Source of the DNA: Tubiluchus corallicola
Lineage: Eukaryota; Animalia; Priapulida
Reading direction: 5' to 3'
Assembly (NCBI GenBank): GCA_030141605.1
Contig: JAQGDQ010000954.1
Span: forward strand, 12,851-76,850
Length of the DNA: 64,000 nucleotides
A program made the position numbers and the translations under genes. Under the pieces are notes generated by a model. It did no database searches and had not been told where the DNA came from. It saw nothing but the letters and a program-made list of their open reading frames with translations. This document shows, piece after piece, positions 31,272 through 43,200 of this stretch (position 1 is the stretch's first letter; each line of letters begins with the position of its first letter).

Positions 31272-34200
31272 TCTCCCTCTCTCCCTCTCTCCCTCTCTCC
31301 CTCTCTCTCTGTCTATTTTTTGCGAAACAGCATGCTTGGTTAGTAAAAGTCAACCAGTAGTTCTACATCTTGTGTTTTTTAGAGTATGTCCGAGCGGAAA
31401 AATCTCACACACATACCGGAAATAGAGCTGAAAGCAACCATGTTAGAAGAAGTGGACATTTTACAGTGGGGCCATCAGGTTTATGAAGGCATGAAAAAGG
31501 TAAGTTTTCACCAACCGATGTTTATTTTATGCAGTATTAGCATATTTGACAAGATCGCATTAAGAAGAAGAAGAAGAAAAAGATAATGACAAAGAACAAA
31601 GAATGATCTGATGGAGTGAAGTGATAGATGGTCATGGCATCTATGTTTACAAAACTTCACCACACAAGGAGAGCTGATGGCTCGCGCTGTGCTCAGCTGT
31701 GACAAGATACTCAGTTGGCTTCACTAGGTCATACGAAGCCGACCAGAAGGTCCTGTTCGAGTGATGTACTGCTCTCCAGAACACTGTCATAATTGAAATT
31801 CTATCATTGCTTAAAAATACTTAGTTAAATTATTATGTGTCATACAGTGGATATTTTTATATCTGTGGGCAGCTGCCATTTTGTCTTGTTCAATGCAACA
31901 GAGACACTGCTTCACTTTCCAACGTTTTTTAACAGAGAAATAAGTTTTGCAAACTAAATTTTGAAATAAGTTTTTTTGCCGTTGTTGTTTTTGTTGAGAT
32001 ATTTACGTTCTGCGATCAGACTGATCGAGTTCCGCAGCAATTCTATTTTTCAAGCCAAACCTTGCACACATTTTTTGTGTTATTTCCTTTAATTGCTGTT
32101 TACTAATGAGTCAAATGCGCAACTACATTTAACAATAGAGTTCTGTGAGCTTTGTTACTTGAATTTGTACTTTTTTGTGTTATACAGAGTAATACATCCT
32201 GGTTGCTATTTAACCTTGCTGCTGTATATTGGAGAGTAAAGGGGGAAGCATTTCAAGCAGTGGAGTGCCTCAGACGAGCTCTACACTTCTCTCCCAGGTA
32301 CTTGTGTCATTATTACGTTCCGACGCATTGTGATGATTTGCCTAACTGTCAAAGAAAGGCATCACAGTTGTGATTTGTCAATTAGTTTCCATCGTGGCAT
32401 CGTACATATTCTTAACAACTAAGCTGAGAGCTGGTTCAGTAATACATCAGGAAGAAAACCAAGTTTTGGAGTAAGCTGTGCAGATCACTGAACTTCTCAA
32501 TGACTTATAATGGTTGTTATGTTTTGAAGTAATCCCAAAAAGTTTTATTTTAAACTCAACATTACAGAAAAAGTCAAATACGTGGCGATTTCTTCGCTTC
32601 CAACGAGTAGACTAAAAAACGTGCTCAGCTCTAATTGGCTGACCTACTAAATGCGTATAACGAAGCCGAGTTTTACAGGCAATTCTAAATAAGTACAACT
32701 TTAGATTAAAGGGCAAGCAGAGAGAAACCTTCCGAACATACTGGTTAATTATTTTTGTCAAGATCGTGAACCTATTTATTTGACTCGAAAGTGCGCCTTA
32801 CAAAAAATGGTTTTTATTCAAAGTAAAAATAATATACCATTTATCAAAATAAAGATGCGTTGAGGCGAAACGCGGATTTTTCTAAAGTACGTATTATGGG
32901 TTCTGCGCTATTTCCTTAACGTGTGCCATCTCTGCCGTTGTGATATAATATTTGCGAAAAATTATTGAACAACAATCTCAATTAATCCAAATAAGCTAGG
33001 CATTAAATTTAGCTGCTTTTTTTAATCACAGTTATATTGTATGTGAAAACTGTGCACAGATTGTTTAAACAAAACTGTACAAGTGTGTATGAAGCTACAA
33101 GCATACCGGTACCAGGTTTACCACATCAGAGCTCCAGTTCTGGTGTTAACTGCATCACCATTTCATCTCCATTCCATAACCATGGTTTTATTACTCCATA
33201 TTGTAAATGCAACTACATCATTCCATTTCCATGTCCCATCATTCCATACCGTTCCATCCGTTATTCCATTCCACCAAGTTTTGACAGCTCACTTGAGGAA
33301 CGAACCTCTTCACTTCGCCCGTGATACAGTAGCTACTGCTTCCCCCCGTGTTACTTCAGTGTAGCTTGTTTGACTCCATCCACCAACTTGCTGGGGGTCT
33401 CACCGATACAAGTCTAGATTAGGTTCCGTTTTCCATGGGCCATATTAGCAAGCCGTTTCTACTCCATTTATGTCATTTGAGGAAGTTTTACAATAGCATA
33501 AATGGCCCATGAAGCATCTCTAAAGCTTTTCTGAAGCAGATATTTTCCAATAATGACCTTCCATTAGTTTCTTGCAAGCCTTTTCAGTTGCAATGCCGCA
33601 TTGAAGATAGTTATAACTATTGAATAAGCGATATCGAAAACTATCCTTCAAAAAATTATTTAAGGATTCATTCAAGGAAAATGCCGTAAATGGTGCATCG
33701 CAAGGAAGTTTCTCTGTCCTAACTTATTTAACTGCCTTGATGAATTTCACGTTTTTGTATTGTTATTGTTATTATTATTACCCGTTGTTGTTTAGTATCT
33801 AAACAATAAAATAGCTTTTTTATTAATGCAAATATTTTTAAAGAATTTAACGTGAGGTTTTGTCAGTTAGGTAAATGTATCCTGTAAAAGACTTGAAACT
33901 TACAGTGTTTGTTTACAGGGAGCACAAAGACATGGCCTTAGTTAGCTTGGCAAACATTTTACATCGAGCTCAGCATTCCGAAGATGCTCTTTTGGTGCTT
34001 CAGATGTCTTTGGAGATTTCACCAAATTTGAATGTTAACCATTTTACACTGGGAAATACTTATGCTGTGAGTAGTGCAAGTCTTTTATACAAACCCTTAA
34101 CTAGACCTGCTTGTTTTTCTGTCGCTACTCATAGGCTTACTCTGCTTATAAATTTGGTATTTTTTCATGGACTTCTTTTCTGTGGAATTCTCTACCAGAA

Positions 34201-37200
34201 TATTGTTTCCTTGAACACCACAACCCAATTTAATCCATGAAAAACTTTAACAGGTCTGTTTTATCATTAGAAAAGTGGTGATATGCAGTCTATTTCTCTA
34301 CATATCTATGTACATATTTTTGTATCTTCATGTTGTTGCTGTAGCTCCTTACCTAAAGAGGCAATTGGCCTAGCTTAGGGCAGTTTATATTAAAATAACA
34401 TTAATTTTTACAAAGTTGAGGCCAACAAATGTATTTTTCAACTGGAATGAGCTAGTTGTTCGATATTTTGGTCTTGTTATGGCAGTTTCTATTGCATGCA
34501 GAAAGCAGCGTGGTATTTCGCTTGCTACTTTTGATGCCATGCATAATTTTGGTAGCAAGACCCGTCGTATCCCTAATTCAAGTTTGCAGTTCTTCTTGCC
34601 CTCCCAAGACGGTTACTGCAACCGTGACATACTATAATGCTAAATTTTGTGCGACTCTTAGAGTTAACGTATAGAATAACTCTTGTCTTCAATTAACTCC
34701 TAGTTCCTGCATCAGTTAGCACGTAAAACGAAATAAATCTGTAGTTTGCTATTCTGTATTTTTGTTTTAGGTTTTGGGTGACTACAACAGTTCTGTTTCA
34801 CATTTTGAAAGTTTTGCGTACACGCTGAGCACGGTGTCGGACTTTGCCGAGGCAGGAAAGCGCAAGCATGCTGTACTCTGTCACAGCAAGCTCGAGGAGG
34901 CTCTTGAAGAGCAACATAGGTTTGGGCATTTTTTTAAATAAACTTAGCTACATCAGTTGTTTACATATTTTTTAGCTATACTCTGCTATTATTATATTGA
35001 CATTAGTGGAATATAAGTGGCTTTGGTTATATTAAGGGTTATAAATTACATACTGTTTGTGACTTTTTAGATCATATTTTTTTAAAGGAAAAGCCAAGTC
35101 TTCTGGAGAGTTCAGTGTTCGGGAAAAATTATATTAGAAGGATTTGCTAAAATGTGGCAAACGCTTCATATAATTAGTAAATTCGCTATAAAGTAGTGAT
35201 CATTTCACCCTTGGGCGCTCCTATTTTGAATATCCGTTCTTCCACGAATGACGTAGTTTGTCGGCTGAAGAAAACTGGCGCACAGACAGTTTCTATCAAA
35301 AGTCTAATAAGTTTTTACGAAAAATTAGACAGCAGATTTTGTGGTGTTTTTGCATGAACATTAGGTAAGCTTCAGAAGTTTGAATTAGTTTAAGTGGCGC
35401 GCATTTATGGAAAGCCGCGATACGCTTACGAAAAATGCAGTGTCTTAATTACGTTTATTATACTATTGTTGTTGGCATCCTTCTGTCTCGGAAGACAATG
35501 GAGTGTGTGTCAAGAGAGTCAGTTATTGATCACATTGATGGAGCTGCAGCGTCGACTGTGGCTGAGCAGTCCGATCCTTGAACGTCTCCAGGGCGCACGC
35601 CTAGGCAAGGTGTATGGAGATCCTCAGTTGCCCAGACAACAGGAACCCCCTCTCTTCCTCGCTGGTGTAGTCCAAAGGAAAGCGGAGCGATACGTTTGGC
35701 ACCAGGTCGGCTGCAGGAGCTGCCGGAGTCAGTGAGCATGCTGCACTAGTCCGCCTTCGGGGCTCCACTCCTGATTTGAAAGGTTTACTCCTCTATACAT
35801 GGCCGTTGGGTCACTTAACCGCCTCCACCCTCTAGCCGTTGGCTGCTTGTGCAGCTCCTCAGCCTAGTGTCGAGATACAGTGTGGGCATCCCGCAAGCCT
35901 ACAGCACCTGGTATTCCTAGGCGGTCACCCATCCAAGTACTAACCAGGCTCTACGTTGCTTTGGTCGTAGTCATTTGGTGTGTCTATGACACTAATTTGT
36001 TTTGTGAATTGGTAGTTTCCTCTAAGACTAGTATAACATATCAACATAGCTCATAAAATAACAAGACGTCTCACAAGCTTGAGATGTAATTAGAATAGAT
36101 CAGCACCGTTTAATAATTACGAATGTTTTGTTTTTGGCAGGTCACTTCAGCGCACGCTTGCGCAGCTGCGCGATTATCAAATACAACACGAGAAACTTGT
36201 CAGAGCGCAAAACAAGCTGATCGCTGTAAAAGAGAAACCGGATCGTGCGTTCAAGAAACATCTGTTTTACGAGAAGGCCAGGCAAGCTGCTCTGCTGGAA
36301 GAACAAAGTAAGATTTAATAAAGGAAATGTTTTCGACGTAACGTGCTAGTTACACATAGCATGCTGTGGTACACTGAACGAGTTGTAAATATGTTACCGT
36401 GTCATTGTTAAAAAGTTCAGTATTCATAATCTGTTGGTTACATATAGCATGCTGTGGTACACTGAACAGTTGTAAATATGTTACCGTGCCATTGTTATAA
36501 AGTTCAGTATTCGTAATCTGTTGGTTACATATAGCATGCTGTGGTACACTGAACAGTTGTAAATATGTTACCGTGCCATTGTTATAAAGTTCGGTATTCG
36601 TAATCTGTTGGTTACATATAGCATGCTGTGGTACACTGAACGAGTTGTAAATATGTTACCGTGCCATTGTTATAAAGTTCGGTATTCATAATCTGTTGGT
36701 TACATATAGCATGCTGTGGTACACTGAACGAGTTGTAAATATGTTACCGTGCCATTGTTATAAAGTTCGGTATTCATAATCTGTTGGTTACATATAGCAT
36801 GCTGTGGTACACTGAACGAGTTGTAAATATGTTACTGTGTCATTGTTAAAAAGTTCAGTATTCGTAATCTGCTAGTTACATATAGCATGCTGTGGTACAC
36901 TGAACGAGTTGTAAATATGTTACCGTGCCATTGTTATAAAGTTTAGTATTCATAATCTGTTGGTTACATATAGCATGCTGTGGTACACTGAACAGTTGTA
37001 AATATGTTACCGTGCCATTGTTATAAAGTTCGGTATTCATAATCTGTTGGTTACATATAGCATGCTGTGGTACACTGAACGAGTTGTAAATATGTTACCG
37101 TGCCATTGTTATAAAGTTCAGTATTCATAATCTGTTGGTTACATATAGCATGCTGTGGTACACTGAACAGTTGTAAATATGTTACCGTGCCATTGTTATA

Positions 37201-40200
37201 AAGTTCGGTATTCATAATCTGTTGGTTACATATAGCATGCTGTGGTACACTGAACAGTTGTAAATATGTTACTGTGCCATTGTTATAAAGTTCAGTATTC
37301 ATAATCTGTTGCTTACATATAGCATGCTGTGGTACACTGAACAGTTGTAAATATGTTACCGTGCCATTGTTATAAAGTTCGGTATTCATAATCTGTTGGT
37401 TACATATAGCATGCTGTGGTACACTGAACAGTTGTAAATATGTTACTGTGCCATTGTTATAAAGTTCAGTATTCATAATCTGTTGGTTACATATAGCATG
37501 CTGTGGTACACTGAACGAGTTGTAAATATGTTACCGTGCCATTGTTATAAAGTTCAGTATTCATAATCTGTTGGTTATTTCTTAATAATCTGCACATAAT
37601 TGTATGTTGCTCCTGTCATATTATAGTAACCCTAAATCCATAATAGACATGGGTGGCACTGAACTATCAGCCATGGGCACCCTGATGCCTTAATACGCTG
37701 TTTAAGTCAGGGGTCTCAAAAGTGGTCGATATTGACCCCTGGGTGTCGCTAGGACTATCCAAGCGGTCCATAAATGCCATTTTTAATGTATTTTAGGGGG
37801 GAGGCAATATTCACAGGGTGAGGGGATACAGAACAACAGTTTCTCAGGTAATATCATCCAGTTTCCAGGGTTCAGTATGCAGTTCCTCTCACTAATGTAT
37901 ATGGAAACTGCACATCTGCTTAATTATTATTAATATTTATTTTTTGTACATGCCCGGGGGTCGGCAAAAAATCAAGGATTCCGCGAAGAGGTCAACAGTC
38001 TAAAAGTTTGGGGACGCGTGGTTTACGTGATTCATGACTTACCACGCGTTCATTTAATGCAGCCTACGTGGGCTTTTCTTCTTCTTCCCAGCTTTTCCCT
38101 ATTCGGGGTCGCCGTTGTGAATGAGTCTTCTCCACGCATTCCTGTTGTTGACCATCTCTTCATTTATGTCTTCCCTTCCCACATGATCTTCACCGACTCT
38201 TCTTTTCAGGTGTCCATACCATCGCAATCTTGCGAGGCTTCCACTACTTTTACTGTTCCTCTGATATTATTATTTCTAATTTTATCTCTTCTTCTTATTC
38301 CCACCTTCCATCTCAACATCCTCATCTCCACCACACCCATCTTCTTCTCTTCGGTCTTCTTTAGAGAAGCTGCTTCCAGCCCGTAGAATAGAGCGGGTCT
38401 GATCACTTCTTTGTGGACTTGACCTTCAAGTCTCACCGACTCATTCATAGAAAGTTTTGGCGCAGTTTTTACAGGCGGATGCCCTTCCTGACCCTTCCTG
38501 ACATAAAGTAAATCTGCTTTTCTTCTGTAGCATGTGCTATCCCACTGAGTGAACTAAAATCTGAGGGCTTCGAAGAGTGATTAATAATGAGATGAATTCT
38601 ACAATACATTTCAGGTGATGATGATATGCAAGCGTGCCTAGACGGTTTCAAGGAAAACGGAAACGGCAAACTGAATTGCCTCTTACCTAAAGAAGACCGC
38701 CCAGCAACTGCTGATGTCAGCCGCGAGCAAACTAAAACTGATGTCACCATGGAAACGACGGAAGCAGTGAGAATCTTTTTTGTTCTTTAACCTTTGAGAT
38801 AAAAGCATTTTACTTTGTTTAATCTAGTTGAATTTTTTTGTGTTTTTATGATGCAGATCTACAAGTTATGTAATTTTCCCACATTTTAAGCTTTTTTAAG
38901 GTTGCATTCAAATTACACTTGTTGAACATTCTAAGTCTTGCAGTTCCAACGTTTGATGATGATCGTGGAAAGGTCAAAGGTCAAGTGTGCCAAACAATGC
39001 AATTTGTACACTTGACAATGCTTCACAGCCCAGGCTGTTGTAATAGTAACAGTTTTCACAGCTAGCTAGAATCTTACCTAGTTGATTTGTTCTTGTTTCC
39101 AAGCAAGATCCTGCTAGTAAATCACTCTACGTACAGACTAATGCATAATTAAGTGAAGTCCATGTCAGAACAACTGAAGTTACTGAACTGAGGCATCGCT
39201 TTACGTCACGTGCCGATTGTACTTAAGACACACTTAGCCTTTGACCTACAGCAACAACTGCGCAACGAAACTATGAAAAGACTTATTGATAATTTACACC
39301 GTGACCACTCGGCTATGCATTCGCTCTGGAATGCGTTTCGCTACTTTTCTCGTAGATGAGTTTCGCTTTAACTCATGAAAAATGAAAAACGGTTTAATCG
39401 GTTTAAACACTTTTATAGAGCATTATTTTACACATCATTTTTTGGTGACCAAAAGTAACCAAAAGTGACCAAAATTACCTAATTTGAAGATAGTGCTTAG
39501 CAAGTCCACATAAAATAACAAGGAAATGGCACCGTGTTTTTCTATGGCTAATTCTCGGCCGGGGTTGCCGTTTTGAATGATGCTCATTCTATTGGAAGCT
39601 AAAAGTATGAAATTTTCCGCCAAATCCAGGGATGAGAATTTTCAGCGGATACGCGGAATTCCGAGTTTTTGGAAGACCAGTAGTGCCATTTTTGTAAATC
39701 GCGTAAATTCGTTGAGAAAATTTTTCGGGGTTGAACCTTGTTTTCGTCGAAATCGTAACCGAAATTTTCAGCAGCATTTTTCGAGGTATTTATCCAGCTT
39801 ACCTTTTATCTCCTAGATGTTAAAAATCGCTGAAAAATTTTGGCTAAAATAGTTCATATGAAGTGTAAATATCGTTTATTTGATAATCTGTACGATGTGT
39901 AGCATGCCTTTTACGGCAATGCGGCATATCTTCATTGCTGACATATGTGAAGCTTTGAGGCCTCCAGACACAAACAACCGAAATACCAAAGCGTAATTTG
40001 AATAAAACCAAGTTTAATTTTATAATTTATGAAATATGGGCATCAAAATATATACAAAATAGAATTTGTTAATTTTTTGAAGCTTCACTATCATATGTAT
40101 CATGTATCCTTGATAGTTGGGTATTTTAAATTATGCATGAAACAAGGTGATTGATATTTTAAGTCCACTTAGAGGCTCTCTATGGTCACAAAATTGCAAT

Positions 40201-43200
40201 TTGTTGCTGGCTCCAATGGGGCTTCGCCCCCTCGCACCCCCATGGGGGCTTTCCTCAACCCCATTGGAGGCCTAGGCGGCCCCCAAACCCCCGGCCTGTT
40301 TCAGAGTTTTTTGCAATTTGTCATTCTCATCCCTGCAAAACGATGGATTAACAGCTGAGGGGTGTTACCGCTTATACCATAATTATCAGAACATACGTGC
40401 GTTTATGATACAGAAAAGAGACTATACAATGATCGATAGCTATACGATAATTTAGTAATGTGAAACTAAAAAACAAAGCGTGAAAAAATGTGCATTGAAA
40501 AATTTAAAACATTTCTGCTAACCAATGGGAAATAGACAAACTTTGATTTCAACTGATTTTAAATATTCCACGATTCAGCTTTAAACATTCACAAAGCTTT
40601 AAAAAAAATTTCCCCCTGACATCTTTTGAGCTCACGAGGTACGACAGAAATGAATTTTTTTGTGGCCGGCCGTATTTAAACTTGTTTCAAATAACTTACC
40701 GTTCAAATGCTTGCCCCTAACTGTCGTCGCGTGAGTTTTACATGTTTTATACAGTGTTATTGGTAATAGAAATCTGTGCATGATAAGACAGCATCTAAGT
40801 GATATAAAATTTCAAGACAGATTTGTTTAGTTTTATATGAGTAAAGGGTTGTCTTGTATTTAAACCACATTTGGGTGTGTGCATGTATATCCTTGCTTAA
40901 TCATACATATAGCCTGTGGCAGTTTGGAAGTGAAAGCAGTTTTCCTCTGATCACCTAACCATTTACTCGACATATCCAATACTGCTTTAGCTTTTCGTCA
41001 ACATTTAGCCATTCCTGTTGCTCTTTTGTTTTAATAATACTTAAATTTTGTTTTGAGCTTCTCCAAATTTATCCCTTTAGCCACAAGAAGCTGTCGAAAG
41101 TGTGCCAGAAAACGTGTCCACTATGAGTTATCAGCAAGCCACGATGGATGTACTGTACAGGGAACTCAATGAACAAAGAATGTTCTTTGATGAGTCCGAG
41201 TGGCCGGACCGAGCGGAATGTTTGACCCACGTCCATCTCTATCCATACTGGGGGATGCTGCCGCCCGTGTTTTTACCGGCTGAAAATAAAGGTTATGAGT
41301 AAGTACCGAATATTGTTTAGGGAAGATGAAGCCATATATCCCATGAAGCCAAGTTATAGTGGGTTAAATGGTTGAAATGTGAATGTTTTTGTAGTTGTCG
41401 ATCATTTTCAACTTTCCATCAACAGAAAAACTGCTTCTATGTTGTTTTTTAACACATTTCTTATTCCAAATTTTGATGTCGATTTTTTTTTTACATTTGA
41501 TAAGCTTTTTGTACAAATTGAGCATTGAAGTTACTTTTTCCCGTAAAACGTTTAGTTCCTAAGGGAATTCAAGGAAGTATTACCGTGTGGTAATGGCCTC
41601 CCTGGATGTTACACTGCTTCTCTGGTGCTAAAGAAGGAAATGTGCAGGTTTGGTGCATGATATGCGGTTTTAGTTATTTACTGAAGGCGTGAGGGGCGAC
41701 AGTGATTGCCATTTGAGTTATTTACTGAAGGCGTGAGGGGCAACAGTGATTGCCATTTGATGAAACCCGGCCATTTTAGGGATCATTAAAACCAAGTTTT
41801 GTAGTAACTAAAGGATCCCGGTCTTTGTGTGGCTGTCTAATGAGTGAAACGAGCTTAATGAAATGCGTAATCTTTTTTTGCAAATCTTATGTTATTATAT
41901 AACCTTTTATATAAACCAGCAAGAAAATCTTACAGTATCAGAAAATCTTAAAGTATTTCGATAGTGTTTCTGCACACTCAGACTTTGTAAAGTGTTTAAC
42001 TAACAATTCTTTGCTTTATAATTTACTGAATATTTAAAATGAATATTTAAATATTATGCATATATAAATAATATGAATATTTATATTTAACATTAAAAAT
42101 GGACAAATGCATAGTACATACACAGTAGGCCAGGGGTGCGCAAACTGCGGCCCGCAAAGAGATTTGTCAACCCAATGAAAGTGCGGCCCGGGCGAGATTA
42201 ATTGAGTATATCCAGCTGAAGTCCATGCCACGATCCCAAGTAGTTTTTTCCTCTAGATCGGATGGCATTAACCCTTATAAGACCGTTGTCACTTAATGTC
42301 ACTGTCGGACATGACGAAATATATCTTTTTAATATAAATTTTAATAACTTCTAAAATAGTTTCTTGAGTGTAGTAGTAATGATGTGCGCAGGTCGGATGC
42401 AAAAAAACGTTATTAGGTCCTACTGTACTTGGCTCCTTGACCAAACTGTATGTGGCCCACAGGAATTGTGGGAATGTTTAATGTGGCCCGGCTAGTCAGA
42501 TAATTTGCACACCCCTGCAATAGGCTGTTATAAATAAAACTGAAATCGTAATACATGTATATAAAAATCAGCCGTAATTAAATCCATAAATCCATATTAA
42601 ATTTCTAAATAATTGAAAAGGCTTATTTATAAAAATATGTTTTAAGGAATGATTTGAAGTTTTGAACATTATTGGTTTTATGTGCATGAATTAGTGAATC
42701 ATTCCGTAATTTTGTTACCGCTGTCGTGAAGTTTGGGCTTCACGATTCACCCGCCGTAAAGAAGCCATTGTGAATTAATTTACGTATAGCTGTAGGAACT
42801 CGTTCGAGGAGTTAACCTAGTTAAAATAGGAAGTTAGTTGTTAAGTTGAGATGGAACACAAAACATGTATATTGCGCTTTCGTAAAAAGAATAAATTTAG
42901 CGTTATGGCAGAAGGAAAAGTTCTCGTTTTTGTTTTACTGTCGTCGCAAAAGTCACCACGACAGCCGCTACACTAAAATTATGAGAACCATATGTGACTA
43001 TGAGAGCCATATTTTATAAAATGCGCATTGTTGCACATCTTTGATACATTGTTAGCTACCGTCCAGCATTAAAATTTATCTACATTGTTTTCATTCAACC
43101 TTGAAGCTTTTGTCGTCAGATTTCATCATTTTTCTTGCAAACAGTTATCTACTTTGTAAGATCACTGCATAATATCAGTTGCCTTTTTTAATTTTTGTTA

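Noticed and set aside
35895-35972. Functional 5S rRNA gene
   Set aside because: About 40 internal nucleotides are deleted and there is no T-run terminator; it reads directly into a SINE-like body.
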